Assembly (NCBI GenBank): GCA_964016885.1
Contig: OZ024743.1
Location: 356,872,001-356,936,000 of the forward strand
DNA from: Eledone cirrhosa
Taxonomy: Eukaryota
Length of the DNA: 64,000 nt
Direction: 5' to 3'
Below the pieces are notes generated by a model that was not told the DNA's origin, did no database searches, and saw only the letters and a program-made list of their open reading frames with translations. This document shows positions 45,112-58,757 of this stretch, in pieces; positions within the stretch are counted from its first letter, which is position 1, and each line of letters starts with the position of its first letter. Made by a program: the position numbers and the translations under genes.

Positions 45112-45561
45112 ACATATACATGAGTGTTTTAGAAGGCTACAGCAATGCAAATAGAACATCAAATAAATAAAATAATAATGAAAAAAATAACGAGGTGTTG
45201 AAATTGTTACCTTGGAAATATTTAATTGGTCCTTTATATTTTGGAAAAGATATAAAATATATGTGAAGAAAAGAATGAAATGGAATTTAAGGCTTTGACC
45301 TATGCAGGTATAGCTGAGCTGATACGAGACTGCATCTCATAGTTGGTTTCTTGGGGTGTGATTTTATAAGCCCATCATAGGTCCTCTCATAAAGAGCAAT
45401 GAGAAATGAAGTGTCTTGTTCAAGAAAACAACAAACCGACTACTTCACAAATTGAACCCACAACCTTATAATTCGTGAAGCCAACACAACCTTATAATTC
45501 GTGAAGCCAACACCCTTACCACTAAGCTACATGCTATATGTATGTTTCAGTTTTATAAATG

Positions 45562-45611
45562 CAGTCATATCAACGCTAAACTCTTAAAAGAGTTTAGCGT
45601 TGATATGACTG
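45562..45611. repeat. Perfect 24-bp-arm hairpin
   Basis: cagtcatatcaacgctaaactctt aa aagagtttagcgttgatatgactg. Confidence 0.9.
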
Positions 45612-45862
45612 TTGTTTATGGGATATCTGTTGAATGCCTCATTGATGTCAGACTGTGTGATACTTTTGTGCGTGATACTTTCTAATGGGGTTTATATAAT
45701 GTCTCATCACGTCAGATCCTGTGATATCCAATGAAGGAAGACGTTGTTGTCGAAGTTAGTATTAAAATTTAATGATATCTCATAGAAAATTTCGTGCTGC
45801 TGATGGCAGGATTGTGTGATATCTGCCTGCTGAAGGTTTACATGCTGAAGTTGGATTGTTTG

Positions 45863-46308
45863 ACTAGACCTGAAAAATGCGGAAGCTCAAAAGAGCCACA
45901 GAATGTTATAATAAACCTTCAAAAGTGTGGGACTAGAGTTGTTGCTCAAAAATATTGTAATCCTTATCTATCGTACACTCTGTGGCATCCTTTTATAAAA
46001 AAGAGACTCATAACGAACTCAAGACGACACGACAATTATTTAAGCTAATGTTCAATATCTCATATTAAATGTTTAGTAATGATTAATACGAAATGCACTT
46101 AAACCGAATTCTATATTATAAATTCACTTAAATAATTATCGTGTCGTCTTGAGTTCGTTATGAGTCTCTTTTTTATAAAAGGATGCCACAGAATGTACGA
46201 TAGATAATGATTACAATATTTTTGAGCAACAACTCTAGTCCCACACTTTTGAAGGTTTATTATAATATTCTGTGACTCTTATGAACTTGCGCATTCTTCG
46301 GGTCTAGT
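45863..46308. repeat. Inverted duplication, about 182-bp arms (45863-46044 / 46127-46308)
   Basis: Reverse-complementary arms with scattered substitutions. Confidence 0.9.
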
Positions 46309-47764
46309 TTAATATTTGTTTAAGGCAACGCTTGTAATAACTCTAGTTAAACATGATATATATTAATAATAAATTATCGTTGTAATGTAATTAGATTATA
46401 TAATTGTTATTTTATAAATGATCTTATAAATATTATTGTAAGATTTATAAAAATATGTTCAGACTTTTAATATAAACTACAAAAAACAATCAATATTAAA
46501 TAAATATATTTTACATAATAATTGTTATAGTTGAATTAATAAAAATTAAATATTACATACAAATAGTCTAACATAATAATAAAATAATAATCTAACATAA
46601 TAATAATAAAATAATCTAACATAAAACGAACAATAATATGGACAAATATACAAGTAAATATGATACAACCAATATTATAAGCATGTTATAACGAAATGAA
46701 AAAAAAATAGTTAATATAAATTAAAAAAATCATATATAAATTAACAATATAACTTACCAAAACGAGAAAAATATTTTGATGATAAACGACGAAACGATAA
46801 ATAAACGTGCAAACAAAATGGCGGATGCTTTTGAGCAACAATTACTCTCGTTGGTTGATTAGCCAATAAGACGATGAAATTAGCCAATAAGACGATACAT
46901 TACAAAACATGTTTGGCAGGGATCACCACGGCCAGCGACACCCCTTGAATTTTTTATTCACAAGCTACGCATATATGTCAAGAAACGCAGACTTAAAACA
47001 TTGTGTTGTAACTTATTTGACAGATAAGAATTGATGCTAGGACATTGGTATTACTCATTAGTTAACAAAATGCAGTCAATACCTTCAATTCAAGTTTGTC
47101 AGCTACTCACATAAATTCCTCGATTAAATTAACTCGATCACTCGACGGCCATTAACGGTTCACACACCAATATCATTAACCAATGTTATCTACGGAGAAA
47201 AAAAGCAGCAACGAAATACCACAAGGGTATATCATATACGTCAATAAAGTTAATACTCCGAGGGTTCAAACGATACTCTAGGCACCAGTTTAAATGTGCA
47301 TAATAATTCACAGGCATTATTGGACATAGAACTCTTAAAATTCGAAACAAAAAAAATCTACGATATGGGACTTCCTTCCCTGTGCTTACGTATATATCAT
47401 GCAACCGGTGGTTTCATAATGCTAGCACGCATAATTACACACACAAACACACCACACTACACTACACTACACCACACACACACACACACATGGCAAAATG
47501 GTCTTAGATACAATTATGATAAAAGGTTTAAATTTACATATAGAAAATTATAAAGAGTGATAGTTCTAATCAGTTTTCTGGTTTAAAACCACCACATGGG
47601 TGTCTTTGGCTAAGTCCTTTTAATCTTTTATCAATTTATAATGCCAAAAAATCCTTTCTCATTTCTCCACATTCTCTGACTAAACAGTAAAAAAAAAAGA
47701 AAGAATTACAATTAAGGAACACACAGGGTAAACAAAAACTACTTTAGGTTTAGTTTATTTATAA

Positions 47765-47935
47765 CTGCTTCTACTTTTGGCACAAGGCCAGCAATTACCC
47801 CAGTGCGTTATTGGTACTTTGTTTTATCGACCCTGTAAGGATGAAAGGCAAAGTTAACCGCGGCAGGATTTGAACTCAGAACGCAAAGGGCCATAACTCT
47901 ATGCTGCAAAGCATGGTGTCTGACGCTCCACCGTT
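47765..47935 (-). mobile_element. Meta-domain-like SINE
   Basis: Same core as 36980-37173. Confidence 0.78.
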
Positions 47936-48689
47936 TTCGTTTATTTATAATACCAAAAGACATGGAATGGACCTCCATCAGTTTCGACGACACGTGTACT
48001 CTTAACGTTATTCTGGGGGTAGATTCAGTTCAATATAGTGTGTGGGAAGGTTGGCCCTTAGAATTACAGACACAGTCAACCCGACGGGCTACCGAACAGT
48101 TTCCGCCTACCAAATTTCACTCACAAGGCATAGGGGTCGATCAGAGGCGTATGGTGGTGATGTTGGTAGTGGTGCTGATGATGGTGGCAGTGGTGCTGAT
48201 GATGGTAGCAGTGGGGATAAGGGTGGCAGTAGTGATGATGACGATAATGATTGTGGTGATGATGGTAGTAAGGGTGGTAGTGATGATGATGATGAGGAGG
48301 AGGGTGAGGATGAGGAGGGAAAGTGGGGAGGAGGAAGATGTTAAAATCCCTCAGAAAACAACAAGGGAGATGATGGAAACTGTTATATCATCTACCTTAT
48401 ATATCATTGCAGTATGTTGATGTTGATGATGATGATGATGATGTTGATACCTGCCATGGTATCCAGCTGCTAAGATATTTTATGTCGGGTGGCGGTGGTA
48501 GTGCTGGTGATGATGGTGTTTGTTTTTGTTGTTGTTGTCGTTGTCGTTGGTGGTTGTGGTGGTGGCGGCGGTGGTGGTTGTGGTTGTGGCGGTGGTGGTT
48601 GTGGTTGTGGCGGTGGTGGTGGTGGTTGTGGCGGCGGCGGTGATTGAGAAGATTAATGTTACTCGTGTTTGGAGAGGTGTCTGACTGTA

Positions 48690-49360
48690 TGTATATATGT
48701 GAAGTGGTGGTGGTGGTGTTGGTAGTGGTGATAGTGGTGGCGACGGTGGTGGTGGTGGTGCTAGTGGTGGTGGTGGTGGAGATGGTGATAGTGTCGGTGG
48801 TGGTGGTGACGGTGATGGTGGCGGTGGTGGTGATGGTGATAGTGTCGGTGGTGGTGGTGGTGATAGTGTTGGTAGTGGATTTGGTGGTGGTGGTGGTGTT
48901 GGTGATAGTGGTGGTGGTGGTGTTGGTAGTGGTGATAGTGGTGGTGCTGGTGATAGTGGTGGTGGTGGTGGTGGTGGTGGTGATCGTGGTGATAGTAGTG
49001 GTGGTGGTGACGGTGATAGTTGTGGTGGTGGTGGTGGTGAGAGTAGAAGTGGTGGTGGTGGTGGTGGAGATGGTGATAGTGTCGGTGGTGGTGATAGTGG
49101 TGGTGGTGGTGGTAGTGATAGTGTTGGTAGTGGATTTGGTGGTGGTGGTGGTGGTGGTGTTGGTGATAGTGGCGGTGGTGGTGGTGGTGGTGTTGGTGAT
49201 AGTTGCGGTGGTGGTGGTGGTGGTGGTGTTAGTGTTGGTAGTGGATGTAGTGTGGTGATAGTGGTGGTGGTGGTGGTGGATGTGGTAACGGTGATGATGG
49301 TGGTGGTGGTGGTGGTGGTGAGAGTGTTGGTAGTGGGTGTGGTGGTGGTGGTGTTGTTGT
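48690..49360. repeat. Degenerate (GTG)n array
   Basis: Direct reading. Confidence 0.93.
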
Positions 49361-49667
49361 TACGTTACATTAAGGTACACAGCAACTGGGTGTAGAAGCC
49401 ATCAACCTTCTACTGTGTCACCTATCCATCATACGTAGCCTCTACGTCGATGACTGGCACTGGGTTGAGAATTTGCTTGCTAACTCTTAGATTGGGATGC
49501 GTGGTGAGATTGTATGTGTATGTATGTGCGTATGTGTATGTATGTGTATATGTGTATGTATGTGTGTTGAAGATTGCTCAACCCTGTCTGAAGATATAGG
49601 AGTATCTTGTTTATATTTGTGTGTATGAGGATATATATATATGTGTGTGTGCGTGTGTGAATGTGTG

Positions 49668-49880
49668 AAGGCGTGTGGCTGAGTGGTTAGAGAATTGGGT
49701 TCGCAATCGTGAGGTTGCAGGTTCGATTCCCGGACAGGGCGATGCGTTATGTTCTTGAGCAAGACACTTTATTTTTACGTTGCTCCTTCTACTTGGAGTT
49801 GCGATCGATAGATAGTACTAGCAATTGGAAAGACCAATGGAAACATTGTTTCCTCGGTCCGATTTGACGAAAGTCGATCG
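49668..49880 (+). mobile_element. tRNA-derived CORE-type SINE
   Basis: tggctgagtggttag A-box, ggttcgattcc B-box, ttcttgagcaagacact core. Confidence 0.82.
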
Positions 49881-49897
49881 TTCAAAATAAAATTTAA

Positions 49898-49929
<32 letters not shown>

Positions 49930-49931
<2 letters not shown>

Positions 49932-50209
49932 AAAGTTCTATTTAAATTGTTGGGATACAACAAGCAAATATTTTTATAACTGATATAAAGCACTCAACAA
50001 ATATTTGGAGTAAAAATACGATATTAACAAATGGAAACTATATTTATAAAACCATATTTATTTCATTATACATATTTCCAGTACACCAAGTTAAATTATG
50101 GTGTGCTTTCATCAGATAAAATATAATAATTTAACTTGGTGTCCTTGAAATATGTATAATGAAATAAATATGGTTTTATAAATATAGTTTCCATTTGTTA
50201 ATATCGTAT
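49930..50209 (-). mobile_element. Palindromic PLE-terminal element with hammerhead (about 50064-50119) and tail
   Basis: Arms 50016-50099 / 50126-50209; minus ttat-CTGATGA-aagcacacca..tggtgtactg-GAAA-tatg-T-ataatg then AATAAA; tail hairpin 49990-50012. Confidence 0.8.
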
Positions 50210-50512
50210 ATATATATATATATGTTTATGTGTGTGTGTGTGTGCAAATATAGAGATTTATTTATATATATATATGTGTATATAAATGCGTATACATGTT
50301 ATATATAGATGTATGTGTGTATGTATACGAGTTAAGCCTATTTCTGTCAAGAAATGTGTCCCTTGATTATTGGTTTTCGCGTGTGTACGTGTACTGATGC
50401 ACACACACACACACACATAAAACACACGCGCATATATATGTCTGTCTGTCTATCACTCTCTCTCTATTCACACGCCACACACACGCATATATATATATAT
50501 ATATATACGATA

Positions 50513-50611
50513 CCCGCTGATGAAGCCGCATAAGCCGATTGTGCATTGTTGCATAATATATGCAGACAGATGGTGCAGCGCACCTTAGTGCGGCAGAAAC
50601 TCGAGTCCGGG
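50513..50611 (+). ncRNA. Type I hammerhead ribozyme with 72-nt structured stem II
   Basis: cccg-CTGATGA-a gccgca taag...ctta g tgcggc a-GAAA-ctcgag-TC-cggg; GUC site at 50605-50607. Confidence 0.85.
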
Positions 50612-50762
50612 AACCTTATAGGCACCCGTTTTACGTGTGTTGTGTTGAGGCAATTAACTATGTGTATACTCTGGTAATGTATCTTACATTGCCCATTGAG
50701 TGCGCTGAGATACAACCGGTACTGGCATTGATAAATATGGTGGGTCCGTCAACCCTTATATT

Positions 50763-50823
<61 letters not shown>

Positions 50824-51064
50824 ATATATATATATATATATGTATATATATTATAAAGGAAACGAAAAATCAGTGATGCATCTGGACTTAGTTTATTTCG
50901 TGTTACAAATGTTTCGCCGGCATGTAGCTCGAGTCATGGTTCTTGTATGGATCCTTTATAATATATACACTCTACTCTGATGAATATCGAGTGCTAATTT
51001 TGGCATACCGCCTATGGAAGCACCATAGCTACCACTATACACAACTATATATATATAAATATAG

Positions 51065-51639
51065 CGAATTATTTCGTTTGTTGATTAAGATCCTGTTGTT
51101 GTCATTCCATGAGTGGTTAAGAATCGTACACGTCACCGGTATTTCTAGCCATTCATGGTTGCCCACTGTTTGGCTCAGTAATGCCAGCCGTTCAAGATTA
51201 CAGCCCCTCTCCCACCACAGTAGTAATTCTGATATATGAAGAAATTTTGATTGACAGGTGGAGAAGGAGAAGAACCAAAGAATGGGCAACCATGAGTGGC
51301 TAGAAATACCGGTAACGTGTACAATTCTTGACCACTCATGGAACGACAACAACAGGATCTAAATCAACAAACGAAAGAATTCGATGTCAAAGGACAATAG
51401 GAAAATCTGCTTCGTAGAATCGAGACGTATCCGAGGACCACGCGATTTCAGAGTCAGGTTCGATCATCACATCGATCGTGCCCCGAGCTGGTCGCCCGAG
51501 AAACAATTGTAATATGTCTAATAAATTTCTGTCGTCGCAACACTGATTCTCTTTTTTCTGTGATATCATACTCTGCTCTATGAGGGCATCGAGTGCTCAT
51601 ACGGCCTACCGCATACGGACGCTTTAAGCATCCAACACC

Positions 51640-51640
<1 letters not shown>
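51065..51640 (+). mobile_element. Palindromic PLE-terminal element (arms 51065-51173 / 51275-51383) with tail
   Basis: Diverged inverted arms with GAAA-taccggta; tail hairpin 51569-51596; TA flanks. Confidence 0.7.
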
Positions 51641-51679
<39 letters not shown>

Positions 51680-51712
51680 GGTCCGTCAACTCCTTATTAT
51701 ATGTATAAATAA

Positions 51713-51750
<38 letters not shown>

Positions 51751-51857
51751 ACGTGTGCGTGTAGACATACCTTGATGTTGAGGAAGTAACGCTTAATACC
51801 GGTAAGATGAAGTATAGATAACGTATTGTATATGTTTCTATATCTTGCGCCATTCTT

Positions 51858-51903
51858 CCCATACCTTATGTTTCAGGAATAATTCCATTCATTCTTCAGC
51901 AGG
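51858..51903 (-). ncRNA. Possible degenerate hammerhead
   Basis: Minus cctg-CTGAAGA-atgaat..attcct-GAAA-cataagg-TA-tggg; stems are weak. Confidence 0.4.
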
Positions 51904-52269
51904 TCTCATTTGCCTTACTAAACACAACATTGTCACATATTTACTTCACGTTTAGCTCTTACGTGTGAACGCCTGGGAGTTGATATGAGTATAGGTGTGT
52001 ATGTATCATAGACCGATGTTATGTGTAAACTGATCGGTGCGTGTGCGCGAGGGTGTATCAAGATTTTACTGATAGCGCTTATGAGTAAACGGATCTCCCC
52101 CCCTCTCTCTCACTCACTCTCTCTCTCACTTTCTCTCTCTCTCTCCCTCTCCCCCCTCTCTCTTCTTATTTATATAAGTATATATATATTATGAATATAT
52201 ATATATATATATATATTTACATTGAGCTATTCTCTTACTTGTAATTGGATAATATCTAATAATACCCAC

Positions 52270-52310
<41 letters not shown>

Positions 52311-52328
52311 TTATTTATATATAGATAC

Positions 52329-52409
<81 letters not shown>

Positions 52410-52442
52410 CATATTTATATATATTTATTTATATATAGATAC

Positions 52443-52484
<42 letters not shown>

Positions 52485-52499
52485 GCATACATACATATC

Positions 52500-52760
52500 G
52501 ACTGGGTCCTCCAGCTAACGGGTCATTATCTCTGTCTCTGGCAAGGGTTGGTGCTTGAAACTAGTTTGTGCCACACCCGAGCAAGTCATCTTTTAAGGAG
52601 GATCTCCAGTTCTTCTTTGGCTTACCCTTTGGTATTTTCCCACCAGCTAGCAGCCATGACATTCGTAGGACATGCCCTGCCACTCAGGCGTCTGGCATTG
52701 GCTCTTCGAAGCACACCATCATTTGTATTTCTGTGCAATTGTTGGTGAGAAGGTCTCAGT
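52500..52760 (-). pseudogene. RTE LINE 3' remnant
   Basis: Minus AGHVLRMS...[15 protein letters not shown]. Confidence 0.6.
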
Positions 52761-52874
52761 CATCAGCAAATCTAAATTCGCCAGTTTTATTCTTCCCCAT
52801 TTTAAGCCATGTCCACAGGTATCCAAGGATTCGCTCAACATGTAATCCAAGATTATATATATATATAAATATGT

Positions 52875-53317
52875 ATGTTATCTCTTTCTCTTAATTTCGA
52901 GTATATTTTTTTGACCGGCCACCTTCCTGGTGGCAAGGTTGTAAAAGAAAAGAAATTGTCATCCCTTGAATCGCAAGAATGTTTTGCAAATTTTGAAGGT
53001 GCCAGCTATCGCAGCCATTTGAAGACTATGAATTAGGGAGCTGCGCTTTTTGTCCAAGTTCAGTTATACATTGGTCCAAGCGGGTTGGTATATAACCCGT
53101 AGCTCCAATAATGATGGGTATGAAGCTAAAGGTGTATCTTGGATACTGGATTTGTAAACTCCTCATCAATGGTCCGTAGAGGTCCTCCTTCTCCTGTATT
53201 TTTCTGACAACGTTTACATCAAGTGGGCAGCTGATCTCCACAACAGAACACGTTTTCAATGTGTGGTCCCAAACAACAATATTAGGCCGGTTGTGTTTTA
53301 ATTTGGTGGCAGTTTTT
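52875..53317 (-). mobile_element. 5'-truncated R4/Dong-like non-LTR retrotransposon (restriction-like endonuclease end)
   Basis: KHNRPNIVVWD...VVEISCP...EKEDLY...PIIIGATG matches the RPD-D/E-K-Y pattern; tatgtatg on both sides. Confidence 0.78.
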
Positions 53318-54077
53318 ATGTATGTATGTATGTATGTATGTATGTATGTATGTATGTATGTATGTATGTATGTATGTATGTATGTATGTATGTATGTATG
53401 TATGTATAATCTTGGATTACATGCTGAGAGAATATTTGTATACCTGTGGACATGGCTTGAAAGTGAATGACTCTTAGCCTTTGTCAGAGCATTCTTCTAG
53501 GAGAAGGGAACTCAGGAAACTGGGTTAACTCCGACATAAAACCTGCGGCTCAGTATTTAACGATGATGTTGATCTTTTCTTCTTTTCGGGTTATAGCTAC
53601 TGTCGCTCAGAGAGTGGGATTGGCTCAGTGCACAGTCTTTCCTCACTTTAACAAAAATCTTCACGCACAGGCATTGCACGATAGAATTAATTGATAATTA
53701 TTAATAATTGTTTCTACTTTTGGCACAAGGCCACCAATTATTCCAGTGTATGACTGGTACTTTATTTTATCGACCCCGTAAGAATGAAAGGCAAAGTTAA
53801 CCTCGGAGATAGCGCATGTGTAAACTGATATATAGCATGGTAAGCTATATGTAGATCCATTTTTACATTATGTGTATATGTGTATGCTTGCGTAAAGCTG
53901 TGTGTATATTCACGCATATCATACAAATGGTTTGTTTATGTACACTCCTCTATGTATGAGGAGGAGTAAATGAATGATGGGGTGGGTGGTAATGTTTATA
54001 CTAAATACATCCTTTCGAGAATAGCCTAAGATTAAGATGACCCTGTCCCCTCTCCACATACACATATGCACTAATGC

Positions 54078-54151
<74 letters not shown>

Positions 54152-54486
54152 ACGACTGCAAACTCTGCGAAGAGTATTGCAATCGCTTGTCAGATTATAG
54201 AGTTTGGTGCACTTATAGGCTACGGCCAGCCACACGAACCTGTAACATATCCTGAACAAGAAATGTCTGTGCTTTGAAGGTTTTTAAGTGGGGAAAGGCC
54301 TTGCACTCGACACCAATCCCACTCTCTGAGCATCGAAAATACTAGCCGAAAAGGAGAACTGGTCAACATCATCGGATGCTTCCGAAGCCGCAGGTTTTCT
54401 TTTTTTTTTTTTCAGAGGTTTCCCTCTCCTAGAAAGGTGTTGTGACAACTACTGGGGGCCTTTCACTCCCAGGTAAAAAAAATGTA

Positions 54487-54520
<34 letters not shown>

Positions 54521-55084
54521 TACATTGTATATATATATATATATATATAATATATATATATAATATATATATATGCATAACAAGGTATACACTAATGCAT
54601 GTGCAAACGTATGGACATTACACACAAACACAGAAACTTTGAAACACATACTCGCACGCTCACATATATATATATATTACACCCGTACATTGTGCCGACG
54701 AGGGACCCTTTATATGGTCACTTGACCTGCTAGAAATAGTAGCTAAATTTCCATTAAATCACACTCTGCTCTCTTAAGAAAAGACAGATCGCGTTGGATA
54801 GTATATCCTAGATATAAATCTAAGAAGATGGGGTAGTCGTGGCTGGAATGTATTTGCTGACTTGGGGCTAAACAACAACACATACATGTGATACATAGAC
54901 ACATACATTTACATACGTAGACACACACACACACACACACACAGATGCATGTAGTATATACATGTGGTGCACACACATGCATGCATCACCACCAAACAAC
55001 CCACTACACACATACACCAAACACCACACCATCACTACATCACACACTGCACACACACACAATCCACTACATCACACACACACA

Positions 55085-55590
55085 TCACCACATGTACACA
55101 CACATCAACACATGTACACACACATCACCACATGTACACACACATCACCACACATGTACACACGCATCACCACATGTACACCCATATCACCACATATACA
55201 CACACATCACCACATGTACACACACATCACCACATGTACGCACACACCAACACATGTACACACACATCACCACACATGTACACACATCACCACATGTACA
55301 CACACACCAACACATGTACACACACATCACCACACATGTACACACACATCACCACATGTACACACACATCACCACATGTACGCACACACCAACACATGTA
55401 CACACACATCACCACACATGTACACACATCACCACATGTACACACACACCAACACATGTACACACACATCACCACACATGTACACACACATCACCACATG
55501 TACACACACATCACCACATGTACGCACACACCAACACATGTACACACACATCACCACACATGTACACACATCACCACATGTACACACACT
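55085..55590. repeat. About 19-21-bp minisatellite (cacatcaccacatgtacaca)
   Basis: Direct reading. Confidence 0.9.
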
Positions 55591-56403
55591 CACCGCCACC
55601 ATCAATAGCCACAATATTTTCCTTCCCAATTTGCCGGTTTTAATGGATTCTAATTTTAGTTAAATGGAATATTGTGGAAGATAAAACTTCATTAAATGGT
55701 TACAGACAGTGAATGGTGGTGGTGGTGGTGGTAGTGGTGTGGTGGTGTGGTGAGAGTGGTGGTGGTGGTGGTGGTGGTGATGTGGTGAGAGTGGTGGTGG
55801 TGGTGGTGGTGGTGGTTGACGTCGTCGTTCATCGCTGTTGTTGCTGTTGGGGGTGGTTGTGGTAATGATAGTATTGAGAGCTATGGTAGTGGTCATAGTG
55901 ATAGAGTTGATGGCATTGACGGTGATGCTGGTGGTGGTGGTGGAGGTGGTTATGGTCAAGTGATGTTACTGTTGTTTAACCCTAGGTCAGCTTCATGACC
56001 ATGTCGTCTTTTACGACAGTAATTACATTGTTAATTGTGTCATCCTTTTATAAAGATAGCAGAGTGTGTGATTTGAGATAGATTTGGCTGCTACTTCTAG
56101 CATGTTTAATCATCACATAGAGGCTCCTTCATTGGTTGGTGGGTTGTTATGAAATATGTTTCTTGAGGGTGGAATTCATATGAGGAGTAATGTATGGAAT
56201 TAGGGGTGTACAGTACATGAAGTCATATTTATTTATGTGATTTAGTTTTCTTTCGACTAAGCTGGAACTTCGAAGTTACTCACTTTTCTATTTAGAAAAT
56301 AAATGTTTACACTCCAGCCACCAGTTTTGAACACATATTCTATATACTCTCTGTCTCTCTCTCTCTCTCGCTCACTGTATATATATATATGTATATATAT
56401 ATG

Positions 56404-56491
<88 letters not shown>

Positions 56492-56689
56492 TATATATAT
56501 ATATATATATATAGGTATATATATATATATATATATATAGAGATTTTGAGTTTATGTTGGTTGTATACCAACACCTCAGTATGCAGGCTGGAGCACTCGA
56601 CGAAGTGCGCAGGTTGGTTTGGTTACTCCGGAGTAGTGTAAAATAAAGTTAAATAAAAGTCAAATGATTAAAATTTAGCTTCGTTTATT

Positions 56690-56744
56690 ACTGCTATATA
56701 TATTTCAGTGACAGCCATCTTTGGCTGTGACCTCTTCAGGCAGT
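56690..56744 (-). ncRNA. Type I hammerhead ribozyme (inverted copy)
   Basis: Reverse complement of 56919-56973. Confidence 0.87.
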
Positions 56745-56918
56745 TTGAATTAGTATGGTATAGACAAGTACATATGTTGTTTAGGTGTATGATATTGTCA
56801 ATACTCTGATATGCCCAGTTCCTTGCTGGGTTCTTAATTCACTGGGGAACTGGGGTCATATATGACAATATCATACACCTAAACAACATATGTACTTGTC
56901 TATACCATACTAATTCAA

Positions 56919-56973
56919 ACTGCCTGAAGAGGTCACAGCCAAAGATGGCTGTCACTGAAATATATATAGCAGT
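56919..56973 (+). ncRNA. Type I hammerhead ribozyme (complete)
   Basis: actgc-CTGAAGA-ggtcacagcca aaga tggctgtcact-GAAA-tatata-TA-gcagt then AATAAA. Confidence 0.87.
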
Positions 56974-57055
56974 AATAAACGAAGCTAAATTTTAATCATT
57001 TGACTTTTATTTAACTATATATATATATATATATATATAGGTATATATATATATA

Positions 57056-57144
<89 letters not shown>

Positions 57145-57796
57145 GTATATATATATATATATATATATACTTGACATAACTATTATCATCTTATATTCTC
57201 TCAACGAATCACACTTGATCATATTTCTCTATCCTGTTTTCTCCCCCCATAATTATTATATTTTTATTATTATTTGAAAAAATCGGTTTTTTTTTACATT
57301 GTGTTTTCCCCTCCAAATATTCGCTTATATTTCTTTATATATTCTCTATAGATTTTTTTATCTTTATTATTTCCACTCTTATCCTCCTTTATATTTTACC
57401 TTATTCTTACTTTTATACCTTATTATAGTGTAATCTTCCCCATGCCTTATTATACATTATTAATTATAGGTTATTATTATTACTCTTTTTCCATTTCTAA
57501 TTACCTCATGTACTTTCTCCTCCGTTATATATATATATATTGTATGCCCTTTGTGTTTGTGTAGCCTCTGCGCACCCTCTGCACCATACTATCGACGCCA
57601 CCCCATCAATGGTTCAGCTAACCACCCGACTCCCGGGAATGAATATGACCGCAGCTAGTAAACAAGGACCCACACCCCGCCCTCCCGCACCAAAATTAGA
57701 CTTATCGTCCCCTACTTTTGCTCTTTACTCTCTTTACTCTTTGTTCTTGAATGTTTGGTTGGCAGAGTCCATAACACCAATCAAACCCCTTTTATA

Positions 57797-57841
57797 GCTC
57801 TGACGAATCCTACGGTTACGTAAGGAAGAAACATTGTAAGC
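57797..57841 (+). ncRNA. Type I hammerhead ribozyme (minimal)
   Basis: gct-CTGACGA-a tcct acg gtta cgt a agga a-GAAA-cattg-TA-agc then AATAAA and (TA)n. Confidence 0.78.
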
Positions 57842-58135
57842 CAATAAAAATCTTTTGATGTTGTAGACGCTCTTGTGTTCTTTTTCATATATATATATAT
57901 ATATACATTATATATATATATACATATGTAAATCACATATATTTTTATTTGTTTGACCCGAATTACTTGGTCGTTTCTTTGGCTGTGCGGATGTTTGTTT
58001 AACCATCGTCTCAGTGTGTTTGGCCTTTAACGTATGTTGTAGCTCTGATTCATCTGAATCATCGAGCGCTTGCCACACATCTCGGAGGTTGTTTTTCGTT
58101 AATTCCTAGGCCGAAATACGATTCTCGCTAATTTA

Positions 58136-58203
<68 letters not shown>

Positions 58204-58480
58204 GTACAATTTAATATAAAATTATGATCAACACTAATGTGTTTTTTTTGCAAATTGACAATAATTTAGCCAGATAGAAATACCTTAATTCAAGTACATA
58301 TAGTCCGCCTGTATCGATCTAAATAATAAATCTATACTTACAGACGTATAATGGCAACTGCCCTGGTGCCTAGACAAGTTTAAATTTCAAAATTCAAACC
58401 TTTTCAGCAGATCAGTCCGAACTTCAAAAAATAAACCTGTTTCACAAAGGATGGTATACTAATGAAATAATTAATTAATT

Positions 58481-58529
<49 letters not shown>

Positions 58530-58642
58530 GAGAATTTAGTATATCTACTAACACATGCGTACAGATGTACGCTAATGCTAGCAAATACATAAGTTATGTC
58601 ATAGTACCTAGGTGGTTCAATGCAGGAGGATGCAGAACAATA

Positions 58643-58757
58643 ATATAAAAGACGTAAAATAAGAAAATTTTAAAAAAATTAAAAAAATTAACTTACTTAC
58701 TAAATTTTAGTAAGTAAGTTAATTTTTTTAATTTTTTTAAAATGTTCTTATTTTACG

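Larger units (their letters stand above)
56540..57016. mobile_element. Young palindromic PLE-terminal element with two divergent complete hammerheads
   Basis: 154-bp arms 56647-56800 / 56863-57016 appear identical; one-sided tail 56540-56646; TA flanks. Confidence 0.9.

Noticed and set aside
49668-49745. tRNA gene
   Set aside because: A/B boxes run straight into SINE core sequence and no complete cloverleaf forms; the same applies to the other SINE heads.
57955-58130. Short minus-strand open frame (LRDVWQALDDSDESELQ...)
   Set aside because: No recognisable domain or splice signals; likely a mobile-element fragment between TA tracts.
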